Assembly: GCA_040905425.1 (NCBI GenBank)
Contig: JBBDRO010000030.1
Location: 1 to 47,991, forward strand
Direction of reading: 5' to 3'
DNA: 47,991 nt
DNA from: Gemmatimonadota bacterium
Lineage (GTDB): Bacteria; Gemmatimonadota; Gemmatimonadetes; Longimicrobiales; RSA9
Shown here one piece after another: positions 10,937-19,315 of this stretch. The position numbers and the translations under genes were made by a program. The notes below the pieces were generated by a model. The model did not search any database. It saw only the letters and a program-made list of their open reading frames with translations, and had not been told where the DNA came from. The first letter of the stretch is position 1. Every line of letters begins with the position of its first letter.

Positions 10937-11452
10937 TTACGGCGCCTGGCCTCTGGCCCCGCTCAGGTGCACGAGCGTGCCACCGTCCGGGGCCGTGGTG
11001 ATGAGCTCGATGGCGCCGGGCCGGGCGCGCACCGGCCCGGCGAAGGTGAGCGTGTCCCCCTCACCCACCGCGGGCGCGAAGTGGATCTCCACTTGGTGCT
11101 CGCCGGGCGGCAGCGCCCGCTCGCGCAACACGTAGACGGGCCGGTCCCCGCGCGCGCCCTCCGGCAGTACGAGCGCGCTGTCCGGCGCCCCGCCGTTCAC
11201 GCGCAGCACGAGCGTGTACTCGGTGCGGCGGCGCTGGCAGTCCTGCGGCGTGCGCATGTGCACCGGCAGGGCGTCCAGCTCCTGCTGCGTGCGCTGGCGG
11301 CACACCTCGGCTGGCTGCCCCACGTGCCGCCAGGAGAGGCGCAGGAGGCCCTGGTCGGCACCGGACGGGGTGTACGGCGCCCGGGAAAGCCAGCCCAGCG
11401 CCAGCAGCGCCAGCGCGCTCACGACCACGGCGAGCAGGTGGCGGAGCCTCAT
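10937..11452 (-). CDS. Exported/membrane-anchored hypothetical protein coupled to the cytochrome b fusion
   Basis: ATG 11452 overlaps the upstream stop (ATGA); N-terminal hydrophobic anchor; C-x(7)-ELDALPVHMR-x(4)-C motif. Confidence 0.75.
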   Translation of the reverse strand: MRLRHLLAVVVSALALLALGWLSRAPYTPSGADQGLLRLSWRHVGQPAEVCRQRTQQELDALPVHMRTPQDCQRRRTEYTLVLRVNGGAPDSALVLPEGARGDRPVYVLRERALPPGEHQVEIHFAPAVGEGDTLTFAGPVRARPGAIELITTAPDGGTLVHLSGARGQAP

Positions 11453-13017
11453 CCCGTCCTCTCCTTCAGCTCGGTGGTGGGCCCTGGCTTCACCCGGCGG
11501 CACAGCTCCAGCACGTCCACCCGCTCCTCCTCCGGTACGCTGGCCAGCGCCTCGATCTCCGCGCCGAAGGCCAGAGCGGCGTCGTGGAAGACGGCGCGCT
11601 CGCCCAGCGCGGCCTGCACGAGCCGCACGCGCCGCCGGTCCACGCGCGCCTTGAGGTCGGCCGGGCGGCCCTGGAAGAGCCGCTCCTCGGTCCACGTCAG
11701 ACCCTCCCGCGTGCGGCCGTCGTGCTCGGGGCAGCCCACCACCAGCACGCCGCCCGCGCCGCCGCGCAGGAGGAACTCCACGGTGGAGGAGTGCATGGCG
11801 CCCACGCACGGCACCGGCATGAAGCGGGCGCCGGTGCGCTCGGCCTCGTCGCGCGCCCCGCTCCACGCGCAGCCCACCACCACCACGTCCCGCTCGCCCG
11901 GCTCCTCCTCCGCCAGGAACTTGCGCACCTCGGCGATCTGCTCCCGCCCCGACACCGCCATGGCGCTGATGGACATGGGCGGGCAGGAGCCCACGCAGAT
12001 GCCGCAGCTCGTGCACAGCTCCGTCTGCACGCGCGCCACCTGGCCGACGCGCTCGCCCGCGCGCGCCACCATGTGGATGGCGTCGTAGGGGCAGTCATTG
12101 ACGCACTGCTCGCAGCCGGTGCACGTGCGCTCGTCCACGACGGCGGGCGCCGGCAGCTCCTCGGCGCGCGGCCGCGTGAGCCACGGCACGGCCACGAGCA
12201 GGCCGCCCAGCGCCAGGCCGGCCAGCCATACGCTCCAGGCCGGCAGCACCCGGGTAAACGGCAGCCAGAAGGCGAAGAACCAGTCCGTGGGGACGTTCTC
12301 CGGGAGGCGCAGGAGGTCGGCCTCCGGCGCCATGCCGATCGGCCAGAGCACGGCCAGCAGCAGCAGCGCGCCGAGCGTGCCCACCAGCACGGGGCGGGCG
12401 GGTAGCAGAACCGGCCGCGCCACGCGCGCCACGTGCACCCAGAGCAGGGCGCCCATGGCCGTGGGCAGGGCAATATGGGCAAAGAGGTTCAGGAAGAAGA
12501 AGCCATTCGGCAGGGCGCGCTCGCCCACGAAGGCGCGCCCGATGGGCTCGGCAAAGAGGGGCAGGGCGTCCAGCAGCCGGGCGCCCTCCACGGCCAGCAG
12601 CTGCGCGTGGTTGTCCCACACCAGCACGTAGCCGGTCCAGCCGCTCACGAAGATCACGGCCAGCAGCACGAGCCCGCTCACCCACGCCAGCGCGCGCGGT
12701 CCCCAGGTGCGGCGCTGGGCGTACAGCCGGAAGGCGTGCACGGCCGCGGCCACCACCGCGGCGTCGGAGGCAAAGCGGTGCACGCCGCGGATCCAGCGTC
12801 CGGACCAGCTCTGCGCCGTGATGGCGTCCACCGACGCGTAGGGCGCGCCGATGCGGTAGAAGAGCAGCAGGTAGAGGCCCGTGACGATGAGCACGCCGAG
12901 CAGCGCCACGGTGAGCGCCCCGCTGTGGTAGAGCGGGTTGGCGCGTGAGCCGAAGACGCGGTTGGCCGCCGCGTCCAGCCGGGCGAGGGCACGAAAACTG
13001 GCCCTGGGTTCCATCAT
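11449..13017 (-). CDS. Fusion: cytochrome b (bc-type) + 2x[4Fe-4S] ferredoxin + MvhD/FlpD-like domain
   Basis: RGVHRFASD...VHAFR and FAHIALP...WVHV heme-b His pairs; SGWTGYVLVWD; TDWFF at the PEWY position; CTGCEQCVNDCP and CTSCGICVGSCP; GC..., PCVG and GAGGVLVVGCPEHD MvhD-like motifs. Confidence 0.85.
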   Translation of the reverse strand: MMEPRASFRALARLDAAANRVFGSRANPLYHSGALTVALLGVLIVTGLYLLLFYRIGAPYASVDAITAQSWSGRWIRGVHRFASDAAVVAAAVHAFRLYAQRRTWGPRALAWVSGLVLLAVIFVSGWTGYVLVWDNHAQLLAVEGARLLDALPLFAEPIGRAFVGERALPNGFFFLNLFAHIALPTAMGALLWVHVARVARPVLLPARPVLVGTLGALLLLAVLWPIGMAPEADLLRLPENVPTDWFFAFWLPFTRVLPAWSVWLAGLALGGLLVAVPWLTRPRAEELPAPAVVDERTCTGCEQCVNDCPYDAIHMVARAGERVGQVARVQTELCTSCGICVGSCPPMSISAMAVSGREQIAEVRKFLAEEEPGERDVVVVGCAWSGARDEAERTGARFMPVPCVGAMHSSTVEFLLRGGAGGVLVVGCPEHDGRTREGLTWTEERLFQGRPADLKARVDRRRVRLVQAALGERAVFHDAALAFGAEIEALASVPEEERVDVLELCRRVKPGPTTELKERTG

Positions 13018-13043
13018 GCGCCGCCTGTCTCCCAACCGTTCAG

Positions 13044-13138
13044 GTAGGGGAATTCCCTACATAAAATCAGGATTTACCTCCCCAGGAAATCCTTGCTTTC
13101 TATACATCATATTCGCATGATTAATAGCAGAAAGCAAG
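13044..13138. promoter_or_regulatory. AT-rich divergent control region with palindromic operator-like sites
   Basis: GTAGGG-GAATT-CCCTAC (13044-13060); AGGATTT/AAATCCT pair; CTTGCTTTCT(13092-13101)/AGAAAGCAAG(13129-13138) inverted repeat; TTGCTT-N17-CATGAT sigma70-like promoter on the + strand. Confidence 0.6.
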
Positions 13139-13178
13139 CGGGACCGCCGCACCGTCCGAAACGCACCCTGGAGGCAGT

Positions 13179-13355
13179 ATGAGCAGCCAGCCGCACGCCG
13201 GCTCCCCACCCCTCGACGAGGAGATCCCCCTCGGGCAGCGCCTGTATGACAACTGGGCGCTACTGATGGTGGCGGGGATCCTGATCATGGCCGTGGTCTA
13301 CACCGGCTGGGGTCTGTGGGAAGTGATGACGCTGCCGCAGGGCACACTCCCATGA
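13179..13355 (+). CDS. Small single-TM subunit of the heme-copper oxidoreductase (58 aa)
   Basis: Below the ORF-track cutoff: MSSQPHAGSPPLDEEIPLGQRLYDNWALLMVAGILIMAVVYTGWGLWEVMTLPQGTLP; GGAGG RBS; TGA overlaps the ATG of subunit II. Confidence 0.8.
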   Translation: MSSQPHAGSPPLDEEIPLGQRLYDNWALLMVAGILIMAVVYTGWGLWEVMTLPQGTLP

Positions 13356-13966
13356 GCCAGGAGAATGACGTGAACAGGAAACCGTTCCACACCGGGCTGG
13401 TGGCGCCGCAGGGGCGCTGGTGGGTGCCGGCGCACAAGGCGGAGAAGGTCTGGTTCATCATTGCCTTCGCCTGGTGCATGGTGCTCTTTGCCATGATGCC
13501 GCTGTGGCACCTGAAGGGCGGTCAGAACCCCTCCGGCATCCGCAGCAAGGTGGAACCCGCGGCCTTCACGGCGCGCGTGGAGCAGATGGTGGCGGACTAC
13601 CAGGTGGGGGAGATGAACGGCTACCCCGTCGTGGAGCCGCCCGCCGGCAGTGACATCTACCTGCTCGGGCGCATGTGGAGCTGGTACCCCGTCCTGAAAC
13701 TGAAGAAGGGCGTGGAGTACACGCTCCATCTCTCCTCGGTGGACGTGAACCACGGCTTCTCCCTGTACCCCGTAAATGTAAACTTCCAGGTGGTCCCGGG
13801 CTACGACTACGGCCTGCGCATCGTGCCCACCGAGGCGGGTGAGTTCAGCGTGATCTGCAACGAATTCTGTGGCGTGGGCCACCACATGATGCTGGGCAAG
13901 GTGCTCGTCACCGAGGAGGATGGGACCATGCCCGGCGCCGCCGTAGCCACCGGGGAGGTGGAGTGA
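13352..13966 (+). CDS. Heme-copper oxidoreductase subunit II (CuA)
   Basis: One TM helix; DVNHGF and CNEFCGVGHHMM CuA ligands. Confidence 0.92.
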   Translation: MSQENDVNRKPFHTGLVAPQGRWWVPAHKAEKVWFIIAFAWCMVLFAMMPLWHLKGGQNPSGIRSKVEPAAFTARVEQMVADYQVGEMNGYPVVEPPAGSDIYLLGRMWSWYPVLKLKKGVEYTLHLSSVDVNHGFSLYPVNVNFQVVPGYDYGLRIVPTEAGEFSVICNEFCGVGHHMMLGKVLVTEEDGTMPGAAVATGEVE

Positions 13967-15726
13967 TGTCCGTGACCACGACCGATACGGGCGCGCCCGC
14001 GCCCGGCATGATGGACCGCCTCTACCGGACCTGCGGGGTCACGGGACTCCGGCTGCACCGGCAGGCGGAGCTGCTCATCAAGGCCAACGCGGTGGCCGCC
14101 ACCGTGGCGCTGCTCATCGGTGGCATCAGCGCCATCCTGATCCTGCTCACCCGCTGGCAGGCGGTCCACCTGCTGGACCAGGTGTGGTACTACCGTGTGC
14201 TCACGGGCCACGGCATCACCATGCTCATCTTCTACATCATCTTCTTCGAGATGGCGGTGCTCTACTTTGCCGCCGGACCGTTGCTCAACAGCCGCATTGC
14301 CGCACCCAAGCTGGGCTGGTTCAACTTTGCCCTGATGACGCTGGGCGCGGTGATGGTGGAGTGGATGATCTGGACGGGCAAGGCGGACGTGCTGCTGTCC
14401 TCCTACGTGCCCCTCAGGGCCGATCCGCTCTACTACCTGGGCATCATCTTCTTTGCGGTGGGCGCGCTGCTGGTGTGCGCGCAGTTCTTTGCCACGCTGG
14501 TGATCGCCAAGCGGGAGAAGACCTACGAGGGCTCCATGCCCCTGGTCACCTTCGGCGCCACGACCGCGGCCATCATCGCTGTCATCACGCTCCTGCACGG
14601 CGCGGCCACCTACATCCCCACCTTCCTGTGGTCCATCGGCCTCATCAACATGGACCCGCAGGTCTACCGCATGCTGTGGTGGGCGCTCGGCCACTCCTCG
14701 CAGCAGATCAACGTGGCCGCCATGGTGTCCATCTGGTACCTGCTGGGCGCGCTCACGGTGGGCGCGGTAGTGCTGAACGAGAAGATCAGCCGCACGGCCT
14801 TCGTGCTCTACATCCTCTTCATTTCCATGGCCTCCGCCCACCATCTGCTGGTGGACCCGGGCTTCAGCCCGGCATGGAAGGTGGTCAACACCAGCTACTT
14901 CATGTACATGGCGGTGCTGGCCAGCCTGCTGCACGGCTTCACGGTGCCGGCGGGCGTGGAGGTGGGCCAGCGGCTGCGGGGCGCCACGCAGGGCCTCTTC
15001 GGCTGGGTGAAGCGGGCGCCCTGGGGTGACCCGGGCTTCAGCTCCATGGTGCTCTCCCTGGTGGTCTTCGGCTTCGTGGGCGGCATCACGGGCGTGACCA
15101 TCGGCACGGAGCAGATCAACATCGTGGCGCACAACACGCTGCGTGTGCCGGGTCACTTCCACGCCACGGTGGTGAGCGGCACCACCATGGCCTTCATGGG
15201 CGCCACCTACTACCTGATTCCGCTCATCTTCCAGAAGAAGGTGGCCTTCTGGCGGCTGGCGCAGGTGCAGCCGTACCTGTTCGCCGGCGGCATGCTCATG
15301 TTCTCCATCTTCATGTCCCTGGCGGGCGGCTTCGGCGCGCCGCGGCGCCACTGGGACATCACCTTCTCCAACGCCCCCTTCACGGAGTCCTTCCACCCGG
15401 CGGTGGACATGCTGCTCGGCGGCATGGGCGTGGGTGGGCTCCTGGCCGGTGTGGGCGGCGGCATCTACATCCTGGTGACCGTCTGGTCCGTCTTCTTCGG
15501 TGAGCGCTTCACGGAGGCCGACCGGGTGCCCGGCGCCCGCGGTCTGCCGCAGGGCATCACCAGCCCGCCGCGGCCCGCCACGCTGGAGGATGAGGAGAAC
15601 CTGCCCACGGGCAGGTGGGGCAACGCGCCCGGTACCATGGCGCTGGTGCTGATCTTCCTGGCGGTGTTCATCGTCTACTACTTTGCCAACTGGAAGATCC
15701 TCTCCTTCGTGTGGAAGATCGGCTGA
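13966..15726 (+). CDS. Heme-copper oxidoreductase subunit I, eNOR-type (putative nitric oxide reductase)
   Basis: All six His present (LTGHG, GHSSQQ, SAHHLL, GHFH), but helix VI has Gln where O2 reductases have the cross-linked Tyr. Confidence 0.8.
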   Translation: MSVTTTDTGAPAPGMMDRLYRTCGVTGLRLHRQAELLIKANAVAATVALLIGGISAILILLTRWQAVHLLDQVWYYRVLTGHGITMLIFYIIFFEMAVLYFAAGPLLNSRIAAPKLGWFNFALMTLGAVMVEWMIWTGKADVLLSSYVPLRADPLYYLGIIFFAVGALLVCAQFFATLVIAKREKTYEGSMPLVTFGATTAAIIAVITLLHGAATYIPTFLWSIGLINMDPQVYRMLWWALGHSSQQINVAAMVSIWYLLGALTVGAVVLNEKISRTAFVLYILFISMASAHHLLVDPGFSPAWKVVNTSYFMYMAVLASLLHGFTVPAGVEVGQRLRGATQGLFGWVKRAPWGDPGFSSMVLSLVVFGFVGGITGVTIGTEQINIVAHNTLRVPGHFHATVVSGTTMAFMGATYYLIPLIFQKKVAFWRLAQVQPYLFAGGMLMFSIFMSLAGGFGAPRRHWDITFSNAPFTESFHPAVDMLLGGMGVGGLLAGVGGGIYILVTVWSVFFGERFTEADRVPGARGLPQGITSPPRPATLEDEENLPTGRWGNAPGTMALVLIFLAVFIVYYFANWKILSFVWKIG

Positions 15727-16631
15727 TGGAGGGGCCGCGCCCGTCCCTGGCCAGGGAGGAGATGCAGGCGCTCGGGGGGCTGGTGGCCATCCTGGCGGTC
15801 ACCGCCTCCTGGTGGGCGCTGGCGCTGTGGCCGGTGGGCGACGCGCCCGCGTGGCTGGCGCGCACCCGCTACGTCTGCTTCGGCGTGGCCGAGACGGGGC
15901 TGCCGGACGCCGCCGGCTGGGGCGGCCTCGTGGCGGGGCCGGGCGGCATGCTGGCCATCCTGCTGGTGGGCTTCTGGGGCGGCTTCCGGGGGCTGCTGGC
16001 GCGGGCGCGCTGGTCGGTCCCCACGCGGGGGGTGCTGGCCGCCCTGTTGCTGGGCTTCCTCCTGCTGCCGGGTGGCGCGGCCCTGCGGGTGTGGAGCGTA
16101 GCCGCGGCCACGGCGGCCGACAGCGCGGCGGGCGGACTGCCGCCGGAGAGCTATCCGCGCCTGGATCGGGCGGCGCCGCCGCTGGCGCTCACGGCCCACG
16201 ACGGCAGCACCTTCGGCTGGGAGCAAACGGCCGGCACGCCCACGCTGGTCACCTTTGCCTACGGGCACTGCGTGACGGTCTGCCCGGTGGTGGTCCACGA
16301 CGCGCTCGTGGCGCGGGAGCGGCTGGCGGCGGAGGGCGTCCGGGTAGCCGTCGTGGTGATCACGCTGGACCCCTGGCGGGACACGCCCACGCGGCTCCCG
16401 GACCTGGCCCGCAGCTGGGGGCTGCCCGCCGAGGGCGCCTGGCTGCTGGGCGGCTCGGTGGCCGAGGTCGAGGCCGCCCTGGACGCCTGGGAGGTGCCGC
16501 GCAGCCGCGAGCCCACCACCGGGATGATCACCCACCCCGCGCTCACCTACGTGGTGGACGGCTCCGGCCGGGTGATGTTCGCGGCGGCGGGGGGCGCGGA
16601 CGCGCTCACCGTTCTCGTGGGCCGGCTGTGA
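15726..16631 (+). CDS. SCO family copper chaperone with extended N-terminal membrane domain
   Basis: TFAYGHCVTVCP (CxxxC), ITLDPWRDTP, ITH; about three N-terminal TM segments; ATG overlaps the subunit I stop. Confidence 0.88.
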   Translation: MEGPRPSLAREEMQALGGLVAILAVTASWWALALWPVGDAPAWLARTRYVCFGVAETGLPDAAGWGGLVAGPGGMLAILLVGFWGGFRGLLARARWSVPTRGVLAALLLGFLLLPGGAALRVWSVAAATAADSAAGGLPPESYPRLDRAAPPLALTAHDGSTFGWEQTAGTPTLVTFAYGHCVTVCPVVVHDALVARERLAAEGVRVAVVVITLDPWRDTPTRLPDLARSWGLPAEGAWLLGGSVAEVEAALDAWEVPRSREPTTGMITHPALTYVVDGSGRVMFAAAGGADALTVLVGRL

Positions 16632-16640
16632 GCTGAGCGC

Positions 16641-17504
16641 ATGCATGTGGCGCGCGCCTTCCTGGAGCTAACCAAGCCGGGCATCACGGTGTTCATCGGG
16701 GCCAGCACGGCGTCGGGGTTTTTGCTGGCGCTCGGTGGCTGGGGTGAGCCGGGTCGCCTACTGCTGGTGCTGGTGGCCACCATGGCCATGTCCGGAGGCG
16801 CGGCGGCGCACAACCACCTGGCCGAGCGCGGCACCGACGCCCGCATGCGGCGCACCGCGGGGCGGCCGCTCCCGGCGGGCATCATCCGCGTGCGGGACGC
16901 CACGCTGTTCGCGTGGGGGCTGGGCGGCGCGGGCTTCCTGCTCGCGCTGCTGACGCTGCCCTGGCAGACCACGCTCTTCCTGGTGCTCTGCCACGTGAGC
17001 TACGTGAACGTCTACACGCCTCTCAAGCGACGTTCGCCGCTCAGCACCCTGGCCGGCGCCGTACCCGGCGCCCTCCCCGTCCTGGCCGGCGCCGCCGCCA
17101 CCGGCCTGCCGCTCAGCACCGGGAGCGTGGCCCTGGCGGCGGTGCTCTTCACCTGGCAGGTGCCGCACTTCCTCTCGCTGGCGTGGCTGGCGCGGGAGGA
17201 CTACGCGCGGGCCGGGCAGCCCATGCTGGGCGTCCTGGACCCCGGCGGCAGCATGAGTGCGCGGGTGTCCTTGCTCTACGCCGCGGCCATGCCCGCCTTT
17301 GCCCTGGCCGCGGGCTGGGGCTCGGCGGCGGGCGGGGTGTTCACCGCGGGCGCCGTGCTGTGCGGCGGGGCCTACCTGGTGGCGGCCGCCCGCTTCGTGC
17401 GCGTGCCCGGCCGGCCCACGGCCCGCACGCTCTTCCTGGCCTCGCTGCTGGTGCTTCCCCTGCTCCTGGCCACGCTCGCCGCCGACCTGGTTCTGTCCAT
17501 CTGA
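16641..17504 (+). CDS. ctaB: Protoheme IX farnesyltransferase (heme O synthase)
   Basis: LTKPGI, DARMRRTAGRPLPAG, YTPLKR, GAVPGALP and WQVPHF motifs. Confidence 0.92.
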   Translation: MHVARAFLELTKPGITVFIGASTASGFLLALGGWGEPGRLLLVLVATMAMSGGAAAHNHLAERGTDARMRRTAGRPLPAGIIRVRDATLFAWGLGGAGFLLALLTLPWQTTLFLVLCHVSYVNVYTPLKRRSPLSTLAGAVPGALPVLAGAAATGLPLSTGSVALAAVLFTWQVPHFLSLAWLAREDYARAGQPMLGVLDPGGSMSARVSLLYAAAMPAFALAAGWGSAAGGVFTAGAVLCGGAYLVAAARFVRVPGRPTARTLFLASLLVLPLLLATLAADLVLSI

Positions 17505-17543
17505 AGCGCCTCTCCCGCAACAGTTTTTCCCGGATTCGCCGCG

Positions 17544-17559
17544 CGGCCCGGGTGTTGCA
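17544..17559 (+). promoter_or_regulatory. Putative sigma54 promoter
   Basis: CGGCCCGGGTGTTGCA (GG-N10-GC with TTGC) about 50 bp upstream of the L,D-transpeptidase. Confidence 0.55.
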
Positions 17560-17606
17560 CTACAACGGGCGGAATGGATTCCCGAACCCGTGAAGTGGCA
17601 ACACCT

Positions 17607-19301
17607 ATGAATCGACACATGCGTTGGAGTGTGGCCCTGCTGGGGGCGGCGCTGCTCCTGACCCCCGCGGCCTGTGACCGCGAACCGCGCGGCGAGCCGA
17701 GCCCGCGCATCACCGAGGTGCTCTCGGGCGCCGGATCCGCACCGGTCACACTGCAGCTCCCGGGCGGCGACACGCTGGTGCTCTCCCCGGACGTGGTGGC
17801 GTTCTATAAGGCCCGGCAGTACCGGCAGGCCTGGACGGACTACGACGAGATCCTGGACCGCGGCTGGGTGCTCCTGGAGACCATGGAGAGCGCCACGGAG
17901 GACGGCCTGGATCCGGATCTCTACCGCTACGATATCGCGGCCCGCCTGGTCAACCTCGTGGAGGAGGATTCGCTTTCCGAGGCGAACGAACCAGCCGCCA
18001 TGGCCATCGTGGACATGGTGCTCACCGAGGTGTTCGGACGCTACGCGCAGCACCTGACGGGCGGCATCATGGACCCGTCCGCCTCCCAGGTGGAGTGGCG
18101 CATCCCCAAGGACACGGTGGAGGTGCGTGCGCTCTTCGACCGGCTGGTGGCCGACGAGGATCCGGCCGCCGTCATCGAATCGCTGCGACCGGGGGCGCCC
18201 GAGTACCGGCTGCTCATGGAGCAGCTGGCCCGCTACAGGCAGATGGCGGCCGGCGGGGGCTGGCCTCTGGTCCCCGAGACCTTCGACGCGGAGCCGGGCG
18301 ACCGAGCGCCCGAGGTGGCGGCGCTGCGCCAGCGCCTGGCCGCCGAGGGGGACGCGGAGGAGGCGCGCCTGGCGGCGGCCGGCCAGGCGGACGCCCAGCA
18401 CTTCGATGAGGATCTGAAGGCGGCGCTGGAGCACTTCCAGGCGCGCCACAGCATCGAGCCGGACGGCGTCGTGGGGCCCGCCACCCTGGCGCAGCTCAAC
18501 GTCACCGCCGAGGAGCGGGTGCAGCAGATCATCCTCAACCTGGACCAGTGGCGCTGGCTGCCGCAGGAGCTGGGGGAGCGCTACATCCTGGTCAACGTGG
18601 CCGGCTTCGAGATGGAGCTGGTGGAGAATGATTCCGTGCTCCTGGCCATGAACGTGGTGGTGGGGCAGGAGGGCTGGGAGACGGCCATCTTCCGGGACAC
18701 CATGGAGAGCATTGTCTTCAACCCGTACTGGAACGTGCCGGCCGGCATCGAGCGGGAAGAGATCCTGCCCGCCATCCGCCGGGACCCGGGCTACCTGGCG
18801 CGCGAGAATCTGGAAGTGGTGCGCGGCGAGTCCGTGGTGAGTCCGGCCAGCGTGGACTGGTCCGCTGTGGGGGAGGGCTCGCCGTATCGCTTCCGGCAGC
18901 GGCCGGGGCCGGACAACGCGCTGGGGCAGGTCAAGTTCCTCTTCCCCAACGAGTATGACATCTACCTGCACGACACGCCGGCCAAGTCCCGCTTCAGCGC
19001 CAGCCAGCGGGCCTTCAGCCACGGCTGCATCCGGCTCGAGAAGCCGTTCGACCTGGCGCGTGTGCTGCTGGACCGGGTGACCGACCAGTCGGCGGATGAC
19101 CTGGACGACCTGCTGGCGGGCGGCCAGGAGAAGTGGGTGCGGGTCACCCAGCCGCTGCCGGTCTACGTCCTCTACTTTACCGCCTGGGCGGGGCGGGACG
19201 GCACCATGCGTTTCCATCCCGACGTCTACGAGCGGGACCGCCGGCTGGAGGAGCAGGCACAGAAGCGTCTGGGGACCACCAGCGCCGAGACGGCGCCCTG
19301 A
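17607..19301 (+). CDS. L,D-transpeptidase (YcbB/LdtD-like) lipoprotein with PG-binding domain
   Basis: Lipobox-like TPAAC; FQARHSIEPDGVVGPAT; NPYWNVP; IYLHDTP; FSHGCIR catalytic motif. Confidence 0.92.
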   Translation: MNRHMRWSVALLGAALLLTPAACDREPRGEPSPRITEVLSGAGSAPVTLQLPGGDTLVLSPDVVAFYKARQYRQAWTDYDEILDRGWVLLETMESATEDGLDPDLYRYDIAARLVNLVEEDSLSEANEPAAMAIVDMVLTEVFGRYAQHLTGGIMDPSASQVEWRIPKDTVEVRALFDRLVADEDPAAVIESLRPGAPEYRLLMEQLARYRQMAAGGGWPLVPETFDAEPGDRAPEVAALRQRLAAEGDAEEARLAAAGQADAQHFDEDLKAALEHFQARHSIEPDGVVGPATLAQLNVTAEERVQQIILNLDQWRWLPQELGERYILVNVAGFEMELVENDSVLLAMNVVVGQEGWETAIFRDTMESIVFNPYWNVPAGIEREEILPAIRRDPGYLARENLEVVRGESVVSPASVDWSAVGEGSPYRFRQRPGPDNALGQVKFLFPNEYDIYLHDTPAKSRFSASQRAFSHGCIRLEKPFDLARVLLDRVTDQSADDLDDLLAGGQEKWVRVTQPLPVYVLYFTAWAGRDGTMRFHPDVYERDRRLEEQAQKRLGTTSAETAP

Positions 19302-19315
19302 GCGCTTCGCGGCTG

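Noticed and set aside
11449..13017. Evidence of a hydrogenase
   Set aside because: An MvhD-like domain alone is an adaptor; no NiFe or FeFe catalytic subunit is in the window
13966..15726. Ordinary aa3/ba3 cytochrome c oxidase subunit I
   Set aside because: Helix VI Tyr needed for the His-Tyr cofactor is replaced by Gln
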